Position numbers and translations under genes: made by a program. From contig NC_085841.1 of assembly GCF_035594765.1 (NCBI RefSeq), forward strand, positions 261,980,525-262,044,524: a DNA stretch of 64,000 nt, given 5' to 3'. Source of the DNA: Anolis carolinensis (lineage: Eukaryota). Positions 39,352-52,478 of this stretch are shown here, in pieces. Positions within the stretch are counted from its first letter, which is position 1. Every line of letters starts with the position of its first letter. The notes below the pieces were generated by a model. That model worked only from the letters and a program-made list of their open reading frames with translations. It was not told where the DNA came from and did not search any database.

Positions 39352-39672
39352 CAGTAGAGTCTCACTTATCCAACACTTGCTTATCCAACGTTCTGGATTA
39401 TCCAACGCATTTTAGTAGTCAATGTTTTCAATACATCATGATATTTTGGTGCTAAAGTCGTAAATACAGTAATTACTACATAGCATTACTGCGTATTGAA
39501 CTACTTTTTATGTCAAATTTCTTGTATAACATGATGTTTTGATGCTTAATTTGTAAAATCATAACCTAATTTGATGTTTAATAGGCTTTTCCTTAATCCC
39601 TCCTTATTATCCAACATATTCGCTTATCCAACGTTCTGCCAGCCCGTTTATGTTAGATAAGTGAGACTACTG
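39352..39672. mobile_element. Tc1/mariner-pogo MITE (same family as 10027)
   Basis: TIR and TA TSD. Confidence 0.88.
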
Positions 39673-39675
39673 TAC

Positions 39676-40120
39676 TCTCTCTCTCACACACACACATATA
39701 TATATCCCCCTATATATTATACACACACAACACATACAAATGTGTACACATGTATACACACACACTTAAATACAAATGTGTGTATATACACATACAAGCT
39801 TAACATACAAAATCTGTGCATATATGTATATATATGCACAAACAAAAATGTGTACATATTTATACACACTTGACATATACAAATGTGTGTATACACACAC
39901 ACAAGCTTAACATACAAAATGTGTGCATGTATATATATACACACATACATACAAAATGTGTACATATGTTATACACACACACTTAACATACAAATGTGTT
40001 TATATACATACTCAAGATTACCATACAAAATATGTATACACACAAGCTACATATACGGTATGTAGATATACATACACACAAACTAAACATACAAAAAGTG
40101 TATTCACACACACACATAAC
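39676..40120. repeat. Degenerate CA/TA-rich minisatellite (~40-bp unit, ACACACTTAACATACAAATGTG-like)
   Basis: Direct reading. Confidence 0.85.
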
Positions 40121-40791
40121 AGTTTATAATTTGGGGGAGGGGCGATGTGTTTTGTTCACCCCCACCCCCACATAAACCCTTGATAGGATGAAAGGTTGTG
40201 GGGTGCATCTTGGATGCAGTTTGATTCCACTTCAACTGCCACAGGCTCAATGCTATAGAATCGAGGGAAATGTAGTTCTGGTGAGTCATCAGCACTCTTT
40301 GGCAGAGGTAAAAGACCTTGTGAAACTACAACTCCCATGTGGTAGTCAACAGTGAAATCAATCTGCATTAATTCTAGTTGCAGTGGTGCTGAAATCAAAA
40401 GATAATCTGAAAGGGTGGTTTAAGGTCTGGGCAATGCCTGGCTAGGCAGGGATGGCCACTGCTGCATCCCCACTGTAGAATGAATGCAGTTTGATACCAT
40501 TTTAAGCTGCCATGGCTCCATGCTATGGAGTCATGGGAGCTGTAGTTTGGTGAGGTACCAGCATTCTCTGGCAGAAAAGGCCGAAGACCTGTGAAACTAC
40601 TACAACTCTCATGCTCCCATAGCATTGAGTCGTGGTAGTTAAAAAGTGGGGTCGAACTGCATTCATTCTACGGTAGAGATGCACCCAGTTAGAATATAGA
40701 ATTGTCATTTGTCATGGTTAAATCATGAAACTAATAAAATAAATTTCAACAAGGACAAATGTAAGATACTATACTTAGGCAGAAAAAAACT

Positions 40792-41116
40792 ATTTATATT
40801 TATCATGCCAGAAGTGAATTGAAAATAGTTATAATGTATAGAAAAACCACAAAGTTAAATACTTGGCATTATATTAAATTTCTTTTGACCAAAAGCTGGC
40901 CACTTGGAGTGCCTCTGGTGTTGCTGTAAGAAGGTCCTCCATCATGCTCAGACTGCATTACAGTAAATGGTCTGTGACTTGCTCTTCTCCACACTCGCAT
41001 GTTGTGGACTCCACTTTGTAGCCCCATTTCTTAAGTGTAGCTCTGCATCTTGTGGTGCCAGAGCACAGTCTGTTCAGCACCTTCCAAGTCGCCCAAGTCT
41101 TCTGTGTGCCCAGGAG
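40792..41116 (-). mobile_element. Vingi/ingi-like LINE 3' fragment
   Basis: WATWKVLNRL.SGTTRCRA.LKKWGYKVESTTCECGEEQ.TDHLL (zinc-knuckle-like C-terminus). Confidence 0.75.
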
Positions 41117-41376
41117 AGTTTCAATGGCTTCTCTGTGCAGCCTGACATGGTGGTTGTTGGAGTGATCCAGCATTTCTGTGTTCTCAGATAATATTCTGTG
41201 TCCAGGTTGGTTCATCAAGTGCTCTGCTATGGCTGACTTCTCTAGTTGGATTAGGTTGCAGTGCCTTTCATGTTCCTCAGAAGTTGTGAGGATGCATGCA
41301 ATAGATGTGGGTGAAACATCAGGAGAGAATGCTTCTGGAACATGGCCATACAGTACAGAAAACTCACAGCAACCCT
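41117..41376. mobile_element. Penelope-like fragment (GIY-YIG on minus strand plus inverted pLTR)
   Basis: MNQPGHRILSENTEMLDHSNNHHVRLHREAIE. Confidence 0.85.
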
Positions 41377-41469
41377 GTATATATGCTTAGCCTTCACACA
41401 TTTAGGGTGGCTACGATGAGCTGTTAAAGGGGGGTATACGTTTGGGGGGGGGGGGGGGAAGGAGACCAC

Positions 41470-41635
41470 TGTAGAATCATAGACCTCTCCTGAGTCTAAA
41501 CCTGCCTGGAGATCCAAAAGGTTGGATCACTGAATCATAGAGTAGGAATTGATCTCATAGGCCAGCCAGTCCAACCCCCCGCCAAGAAGCAGGAAAATCG
41601 CATTTAAAGCAGATGGCCATCCAGCCTGTTTAAAA
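41470..41635 (-). mobile_element. CR1 3' end remnants, followed by a truncated hAT MITE (41636-41690)
   Basis: AGAATCATAG tail and GTCCAACCCC..GCCAAGAAGCAGGAAAAT motif. Confidence 0.7.
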
Positions 41636-41719
41636 CAGTGGTTCTCAACCTGGGATTCCCAGGTAAATTGGCTGGGATTTCTGGGAGTTGTGCCTCTACC
41701 ACACTCTGAGGCAGAGAGT

Positions 41720-42905
<1,186 letters not shown>

Positions 42906-43270
42906 TTCTATGGCCTTCTCTTTAGTGGCTCATCGAATGCGGCAGGGTACAGAAGGGCTCCTCAGCAACGCCCTCACAGTGCAGTTTCACACAATGAAAG
43001 GTGTCTGGTGTTGGACAAAGGGCTGTTTCATTTAATAATGGAACATCTTTTGAGGGGGAGTTTCCCTTCTTCTGAGGATGTGATGTGCCTGGACGTGCTT
43101 TTCCTTGCCTCGGCTGAGTCCCTCGGCTAAGATAGGTACGGGCAAACTTTGGCCCTCCAGGTGTTTTATCAATTCCCACAATATAGGCTGTTAGGAATTG
43201 AAGTCTAAACACCTGGAAGGCCCAAGTTTGCCCATGCCCGCTCTAAGTGCACCCAATGGACAGTTTAAGG

Positions 43271-44365
43271 CAGTGGTTCTCAACCTGTGGGTCCCAGGTG
43301 TTTTGGCCTACCACACCCAAAAATGGGCCTCTGTGAATTTTCTGGACCGTATGGCCATGTTCCAGAAGCAGTCTTTCCTGATGTTTCAGCTGCATCTATG
43401 GCAGGCATCCACAGAGGTTGTGAAATCTGTTGGAAACTAGGCAAGAGGGGTTTATATATCTGTGGAAAGTCCAGGGTGGGAGAAAGAACACTTGTCTGTT
43501 TGAGGCAAGCGTTAATGTAGCAATTGGGCACCTTGATTAGCATTGAATGGACTTGCAGCTTCAAGGACTAGCTGCTTACTGCCTGGGGTAATCCTTTGTT
43601 TGGAGGTATTAGCTGGTTCTGAATGTTTTCTGTCTGGAATTCTTTTTTTTCTTTTTTTTTAGTGTTGTCCTAATTTTAGAATTTTTTAATACTGGTAGCC
43701 AGATTTTGTTCATTTTCATGGTTTTTTCCTTTCTGTTGAAATTGTGCACATGCTTGTGGATTTCAGTGGCTTTTCTGTGTAGTCTGTCATGGTAGTTATT
43801 AGAGTGGTCCAGCATTTCTGTGTTTTCAAATAATGTGCTGTGTTGTGTCCAGGTTGGTTCATCGAGTACTCTGCTATGGCTAACTTCTCTGGTTCAGTTA
43901 GTCTGCAGTTCCTTTCATGTTCCTTGATTCGTGTTTGGGCAGTGCTGCATTTGGTGGTCCCTATGTAGACTTGCCCACAGCTTCATGGTATACGGTAGAC
44001 TCCTGTAGAGATTAGAGGATCCCTCTTGTCCTTTGCTGAATGTAGCATTTATTTGATTTTCTTAATGCATTTGTTCTCAACCTGGGGTCCCCTGATGTTT
44101 TTGGCCTTCAACTCCCAGAAATCTCAACAGCTGGTAAACTGGCTGGAATTTCTGGGAGTTGTAGGCCAAAAACATCTGGGGACCCCAAGTTAAGAACCAC
44201 TGCCTTAGTAGGTCTGTAGATAGTTTATAGGTTGTGTTTCTTCATCAGCTTCCATATGCGGTCAGTGGTTCCCTTGATGTATGGTACGAATACTTTTCCA
44301 GTTTACCAGCTGTTAAGATTTCTGGGAATTGTAGGCCTAAACATCCCACAGGTTGAGAACCACTG
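43271..44365. mobile_element. Nested complex: hAT MITE > Penelope (minus, GIY-YIG) > hAT MITE (44068-44202)
   Basis: Outer MITE halves with TSD GTTTAAGG/GTGTAAGG; Penelope GVYRIP.SCGQVYIGTTK remnant on the minus strand. Confidence 0.85.
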
Positions 44366-46244
44366 GTGTAAGGAAACCCATCAGTTACTTGTTTCAGGTA
44401 TTGTCTGTTGAATCATACTTTGTTATAACCATCTTCTGCCTGAACATTTTCAGGAATGCTAAAGTTGGCTTAATCATGCTCTGAAGCAGCGTATTCCACT
44501 GCTGAACAGGTCTTACCATCAGGAAAATCTTCCTTATTTTTATCTTTTCCTGACGTTGGAATTTGTTGCTCCCATGATATCCTTTCAAATATCACTGGGG
44601 TAGAGGCCTTTTTGAAATGTAGCAATGAGCACAACTGGATTTAGAAACGAGAAACGAGAGTACATTTATTTGCTACTTTAGAGATACCTTATTCTTAAAA
44701 TGATTTTCTGACTTCAGTCTAAGATTAGTTTTGCACAATGTAGGGGATTCTTAAGGCTTGCTACTTAGCTTATCATATGTGAGAAAAATAAGATGTCACA
44801 GTAGTTTGTCCAATGATCCCTGTATAAAAATCTCTAAACGTGAGATAACAGTAGTTCTGATGTATTAGACTTAAGAGATGCATATTTCAAGGATTGTTAA
44901 ATTTTTGAAATATGCTGTTCACTTAACTTGGTCATCTGATCAATATGAAACAAGTTTCAGGAATCTAGAAGTCCAAATGCTGGATGAGTGAAGATAAAGT
45001 TGCGTGGCCCTTTCTAAAATGCATGGCTCAAAACTGACTCAGCTTGGCATTATGCTTCTGCCCTGAGATTTTTTTTAATGAGACTGCTCAGCAGTATGAG
45101 TCATTTCTTGGCAACAAGTTCCTGTAGTATCAGGTGTCTTGCTCTTACTCATAAAGCCAGTAATGAGTAGATAACTGAGTTGCATACAATATTGGTAAAT
45201 CTGGAGTGGAAAGTTTTTCTCTCTGTCTTCTGAACAGCTTATTGTGAGATTGTATATTTTCTTTACAGAATGGTCTCTTAAATTAAGCAAAATGAATCCT
45301 ATAAACAAGTTAAACTAGATTGTCGAGGCAATTACCATTCACTTCATCAAGGAGAACTAATGCTGATTTCTTTTGTTGTTGGTTTAAATGCCAACTTAGT
45401 TATTTCAGTGCTTCAGTAGTAACTGAGCTCAAGGTTCTGCTTTTCCTCAAAAATCATAGGTAGCTAAGATTTGAGTGACTGGAATACTAATATTTTTAGA
45501 GTGTTTGGAAGAACTGTACTGATGTAAATACTACTGAAGTGAATAGAGCATATTTTCTCTAAGTATGCTTTGGATTGCAGCCTTCATATCAATACAATAT
45601 TTAAAGTTTGTTTAAGATAGGGTGTTTACCAGTGGTGTAGGGTTGTAATTTTTCATGCTGGCTATGGCTGCGCCCTCCTGTCTACCTGATTGGCAAGGCT
45701 TGCTGTCAATCATCCTTACCTTCCTAGGGAGAAAGTAATTTGCACCTCCCCAGTTCCATCCTGCTCTAGTGCCTTAGCTACATCTTCCTTTTAATCTATA
45801 TTTCCAAGCAGTTATGGATATTTCCACTTGAACAGTGCTGCCCTTACAAACTAGGTTCGTTTCTTTGGCCACAAAAAGTATTTTTCCAACACTGCTGCTC
45901 AGAGTTGATTCTCTCAGCAGCATTACAGCTGTATTTGTGGGAGTGGAGGACTAAAGCAAAGTGCTTCTTCTTCCTTCCTGTTTTGTGCAGTGGGGCATTA
46001 ATAAGAAGTTTATCTTATCATGAAAGACAAATGGAACATCATGTCATATATTGTGGCCTTGTGATACCAGACTGAAAACAGAATTCTTACATATATATCT
46101 TGACACTATTATCATTGAAGTTACTGAATTCCATCTGTTTATGCCATTTTAGGTTGTATTTCTAAATGGTCATCAGTAATAGATTGCTTAAGTCAAAAAT
46201 AGAATATCCAGTGCCCTCCCGAAATATTCAAACATCCTTTAATA

Positions 46245-46374
46245 CAGTGGTTCTCAACCTGTGGGTTCTCAGATGGCTTTCAACTCCCAGAAATACTAAC
46301 AGCTGGTAAACTGGCTGGGATTTCTGGGAGTTGTAGGTCAAAACACCTGGGGACTGACAGGTTGAGAACAGCTG
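46245..46374. mobile_element. hAT MITE; a related copy lies at 46694-46826
   Basis: TIRs; TSD CTTTAATA/CTTTAATT. Confidence 0.85.
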
Positions 46375-47441
46375 CTTTAATTAGTCATAGCAATTGATCA
46401 TAGTATCTGTGGCTGATGGGAATTGTAGTCCATAATATCTTGAGTAGTGCTTAATCTGTCTGATGTAAGGAACTGACAGGGGTTTCTTTTTCCTAATGGG
46501 CCAGCATTACTGCTATATTTGCACCCATTGGCTACACCCTTTTCTTTCTTTCCTGGAAATCTCCAGTCAGTGGTTTAGGAAGTACAAGGGGCACAATTTT
46601 GAGCAGCATTAAGCTAGAGAAAGCAAGGTTTCCTATCTGTTTGAAACTGTGATCATTGAACCATTTAAGAAGCAGCTATTTCTCTTTGTAAAGCAGTGGT
46701 TCCAACCTTTGGGCTTCCAGGTGTTTTGGACTTCAACTCCCAGAAATCCCAGCCAGTTTACCAGCTATTAAAAACAGTGGGAGCTGAAGTCTAAAAAACC
46801 TGAAGGCCCAAGGTTGTGAACCACTGGTGTAGAGTCTCATCATGGAGTTAAAAAATACTTCCTTTTAATGTATTGATTCAAGATCAGTGGAGTTATAACA
46901 GACAGATATTTTAAGTTTAGGCCTGACTAGAGACAAATGTAGCTTTCTTCCATGATGCGTTGTAATTTTGAAAGGTTTTTTTTTTGCTACCTCAAAAACA
47001 GATCTGTACTTGAAGGTTGAATGAGATGAAAATGCTTCCCCCCCCCTCACTACGTCTCTTTGAGAGACAACATAGTATGGTGGTTTGAATGTTGTGCTGT
47101 GACTCCGTAGAGCAGGATTTGAAACTCAGTGGATGACTATTGATAAGTGCCATTTTTTCAGTCTCAGGGTAAGGCAAAGGCAAACTCTGTCTCCTAAATA
47201 CAAATAATCTACAGTGTAAGCAGTATCTTCATAATAGGCGGTTACAGGGTTCTGTTACACATGTTTGCATGAAGCATGCTGTTTCAACCTTGGTGTGCTG
47301 ACAGTACTCTGGTAGAGAATAATTCTTGTGCAATCTGATGCTCTGTACACGTATAAGTACATTCCTTTTGCTTTATTTATTAAACCTTGACTTTTCTGCC
47401 TCCAGTGGAAGGAATTCAAACTAAAAAAAGCTGTCTTTTTA

Positions 47442-47610
47442 TTGTGTTGTCGAAGGCTTTCATGGCCGGAATCACAGGGTTGTTGTGTGTTTTCCGGGCT
47501 GTATGGCCATGTTCCAGAAGTATTCTCTCCTGATGTTTCGCCCACATCTATGGCAGGCATCCTCAGAGGTTGGAACATGGCCATACAGCCTGGAAAACAC
47601 ACAACAACCC
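47442..47610 (-). mobile_element. Penelope pLTR fragment with inversion; hammerhead motif at 47529-47569 on the minus strand
   Basis: Reverse complement reads CCT CTGAGGA TGCCTGCCATAGATGTGGGC GAAA C ATC AGG. Confidence 0.85.
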
Positions 47611-49185
47611 TGTTTTTAATGGTTATTTGTATATTTAAAATGGTTTTAAATATGGATATCTTGCTTCTTTTGTGTAAATAAGGTGCATAGGACTACACAT
47701 GCTTCATATATCCATTCTCTGATCAATTATTTTTACAATAGTATTAGTAGCTGTCAAAATTCTTATTATTACATGTTTACTTGTCTAAGTAGAAAAGGAA
47801 GCAAATATTCTGGAAGCATTCCCCCCCCCCCCCCAAACCAGCAAGAAGTCTGGGTTGGAAAGTTAAATGTAGTCTGAATTGCATGGGACAAACAAATTTG
47901 CTTGATTTGCTCTTGGACATAACTGTAGCTGGGATTTTCCCCTTTTGGTCTTACTTAAAACAAGGAAGTAAAGAGTGTGTTGGAGGCTTTCATGCCATTG
48001 TGTTTTGTCTTCCTCAAAAAGAAAAACAACTCACTCCCCCTTTTAATCTTTGCTACTGGCCTGCTGTAATTGAGTTAGAAAAGAGTATAGAACAACCTGT
48101 GAAAGGAGTAAAGCACTCATTTGGTTTTCTGTTCATGTGAGGGCTGGTGTCTAAGTATTTCAGAAACTGAAAAACAGGAAAATATTCTGTAAAACCATCT
48201 TCTTCCCTCAGTAAGCTCTGTACATTTACATAGGTAAATAGAATAGAATAAATTTAATTGTATATTGTCCAGTGAAATTAAATGAACATTAACCTGGAGT
48301 AATATCTTACCTGTCATGGTAAAAGGTTTTGTATCTATTTCCAGTTCTTTTCTGTGTAAAAATGGTACCAAAAATTTCCCATAATTACTGCTTCTTCAGT
48401 GTTCTCAACTACAGTTGAAGTGCCCAGTAAGGAGGGCAGTTTCTTGAGGCATACTCTTTTCAGTCTCTTAAAACGTAGACTCTAAAGCAGATAGGACAAA
48501 ATCAACACACAGGGCACTTTGTGAGCCCAGGAACTGGGTTCAAAATGAGAAGAGAAGCAGTGTACCCTTTCTCTTCTAAAAATTAGACACAAAAGTACAA
48601 ACCATGTATTAAGGGGGCATTCTTCAAAATCAGTGTGAATATCTGGTGTTATGTTGCTTGCCTTTAAGTCATTTATGAACTGTGACCACCCTAACACAAA
48701 CCTGACAGGTGTTTTCTTGGCAAGATTGGTTCAGAATGGGTTTGCCTTTCTCTGAAACTTGAGACTGGGACTTGCCCAAGGTGACCCACTAGGATTCAAA
48801 TCCTGGTCTTCAGAGTTCACCACACTGATTCTCCTTGTGTCATGGCCTACTATATTAGTTAAATAAGAAATTTAGTTATAGACAAAATGGAGAATTGGGT
48901 TAATTCAGAGGCCTAAATGCAGAGAGCCAATTCCCTGACTTTCAGTTTAAGATACGTCATGATGTTAGCTTTATAATATGAGGTAACTCCATGAATGATG
49001 TCCCAAGTTATTTGCAGAAAAATGGACTGTTTATGGTGAACTGGAATTGAAAAAGGCCATTTTTTACGAGAACTCCTAGAATTCCTTTAGTCAGGAATTT
49101 CAAACTCTACATTTTCAAACTCTAATGACTAACATAAGTAGTACTCTTGTTCATGGCACATAATATTACCATTATGGACAAATGA

Positions 49186-49344
<159 letters not shown>

Positions 49345-51527
49345 TAGTGGATTGGGTAGATATTTAAACATCTTGAATTAGAATAGGCATGAAATACTGA
49401 AACACAATATTGCTTTCATACTTGCTGATAAATTTGAGAATTCTTGTCTAGATTTGATCATTTTTTATTGTTTAGAAACTTAGGCAAGTTGCAGTTGTTG
49501 TTTGCTGTTGCATTTTGCCAATAACATTTTCAAAGGTGTTACTATTTACTGTCTTCTCTGTTTTACAGACTTGAGTTGAGAAACAGCATTAATAATAAAT
49601 TGTTTCCTGTCTGGAACTAAATTGCATCATTAATGTTCATTACACAGTAGTTCACAAACATTTTTCAAAATTCCGTTTATGCCCGGCCTTTAATATTGTT
49701 AATCAAACAAAACAATTGGTAAAAGTACCCTGTGCTCCCTTTCCCCATGTTGTTAGTTTCATATTTAATATGGAAGATTGGAAATATTAAATGGGAAGCA
49801 GTTCACTGTGGGTATATCATCCATTTTAGATGGGGGTTTTTTTCTCTTCAGCCATATTTCTATTTTCAATTTATATACAAAATAAAATAAAAGCACATAT
49901 TCAAAATCACAAATATTTATGAACAGCTGAAAGCAAATCAAGTATTGATAACCTTACAGTATAAGATATAGTTTTGTATGGCACTAAAATACAATGTGCA
50001 TGTCAGGTAAACCTCTCTGAAACCATGTTTGTTCAGTGAGAGGGTCCTGAAAAAAGGTTTCAAAGATGAAGAGAAGTGTATGGATACCCTGATATATGAG
50101 CAAGCATTCTTTCAGGAACTTTGGTGAATAGCTGTATAAGACTATAATGATAAGAGTTAATGCTTTGAATTGAACTTGAAAATATGTAGAGTACTTAAGA
50201 ATAGACATTTAAGTATTTGCAATGTATTCCCAGTGGTGGGTGTCATTTAATCACTTAACAGCTGTGTTTTGATCCAGCCAGTTTTTGGCAATAGTTATAT
50301 TAGCCTGTCCTGAAACTACTGGAACATAAATTGCAGCCTGATTGACCTTGGCAACATTACCTGCAATATCTTAAACCTGATGAAAGAAGCTCCTTACCAC
50401 AAAAGCCACCTAAGACATCAAATGACAAAAGTGGCTTTTAAAACATTTCCAAATTGCAAAGCTGATCTGTCAATACTCTTTCGAACCTCTTTGGAGAATT
50501 CTCCACACACCAGCATTGTACTTGTAATAAACTGAACCAAATGTCTTTTAAAAAATAAGAAAAGGAAAAAAAACTTAACCACAAAATTTAATTTATAAGG
50601 TTATAATTCAGCATTCATTTACTTAACAATAAATATCATTAAATTCATTGGAACATGTCTCCAAATAGTGCATTGCCTGTAAATATATTATTGAGTATGT
50701 ATGAAATAGTCTTTAAACTTAGCATTTTATAGTATAACTTAATAATATGAGTAGTATCTGAAATCAGGGTGGGTTCCAGTATACTTGTATTAAGTGTTTA
50801 CTGACCATGTTGTAGACACTGAGGTTGCCAGTTATGCAACTGATAGACAAATATAGTTGTTATTCCTATAGATTTATTTAATAATAAACTTCATAACTGT
50901 CTTCTAAACATGTATGAGTCACATGTGCATAGCTGTTTAAAATGACAGGTGTACATTTCATACTTTGTGCATTAAGCCAATAAATGATGGCATTGGCTGT
51001 AATACTTATGTGCTTGTAGTAGTGTATAGAACTCTGTTGTGACAGATAATGGGATTCTGCTACTAATAGAAGGGTGGCTCCTTGTATTTCTCTTATGTCA
51101 AGGGTGGGCAGATAATAAAAATAATAATAATAATAATAATAAGTTCATCATTCATATGAAACAGCAGGCAATAGCAGATGAGGGTTAGAGAACTATATTA
51201 AAGATTCAGATATTTAATGCATACAAATCCTCCTCCTGTAATGATCCGTTATTATAAATCTCCAAGGGGTCTTTGTTTGTATTCAAATCTCTTATAACTA
51301 ATGTATCTTCATGTAGGTATTCAAAAACAAACAGAAAGTATTCTTGGGACATCAGTTTGTGGTTTCACGTATGAATCTTGGGTTCTATATTACAATACGT
51401 AAAATAATGGATTTGGAAATCTGCAATCAAGTTACTGCTAACATATCTTTTTATTGTCCATCTTAGAAGTACATTACAGTGAAACATTAGCCTTAAATAT
51501 TTGTGCTAGGGCTACATTATAAAGATA

Positions 51528-52478
51528 CTGTATATAGTCAACTATAAATTGAGACTTTTTAGGTTAAAACATTCCCCTAAAACTTGTGTTACCTTATCCA
51601 TGGGACAGTTCAGTTTTCTGTAGGAGTTACTTTAAAAGCAATCACTCTAAATGTTTTTTCAGAGACCTCTGGGGAGCTTGAGCAGGAGAGCCAAGGTACT
51701 GGATTTTTGAAAAGCCATCCAGAAAAGTCCTCCCAGCTTGAGATGCAGACACCATCCTGCCCAGACTGCGGGAGAAAGAAAGAGGCTGCCGAGGCTGCCC
51801 TAGTTCCCACCTTTTCATGTCACAATCTGGGAGGGGTTTGCTGAGTTGCTTTTCAACAATCTTCCCTCAAACCCCACTAGCAGCCCAACCTGGGGTGATT
51901 ACACTGGACAGTTTTTCAGGGATTTCCAAGGAGACTGTGAGGAGGAGAATGAGGGAACAAATTCTCAAAAGAACAATCCAGCAAACTTCACCTGGCTTGA
52001 GGCACACAGAGGCTGGCCCACCTAATTCAAGAGAGAGGGGAGGAGAAAGTTGAGGCTACCCAAAACACCCTTGGTAACTGCTTCTACTCACATCAAGCCA
52101 AGAGGAGTTTGCTGGGTTGCTTTTTGAGAATCCACTCCGTAGATCTCTAGCATCACCACTCCACCCCAGGTTTGATCTGGGTTGGTCTCTGTTCTCCCTC
52201 TTAGCTTGTTTTGCTAGAAGCATGCATGTAAGTAGTCCAAAGCAAGTCCCTCATGTTGCACAGCTGCAATTTAGTTCCCTTGTCATCAATTCAGAAAACA
52301 AACCATTATACTTGCATGGTTTTTTAAGTTATTTAGCATAGTTTTTGCTTGCAATTGTAAACATACCCCTAAGTTTTACCCTCAGATTATCAACCAGTCA
52401 TGGCAAATTTTGTAATTTTGGGCCCATAACCTATTTTTGACTCAATCATGAGATCAATTTATAGTTGAGTATATACAG
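51528..52478. mobile_element. Tc1/mariner-type non-autonomous DNA transposon in intron 2
   Basis: 25-bp TIR CTGTATATASTCAACTATAAATTGA (1 mismatch), TA TSD. Confidence 0.8.

Noticed and set aside
38887-39405. 172-aa minus-strand ORF and overlapping ORFs
   Set aside because: Starts inside a MITE, low complexity, no recognisable domain; expected in GC-rich DNA
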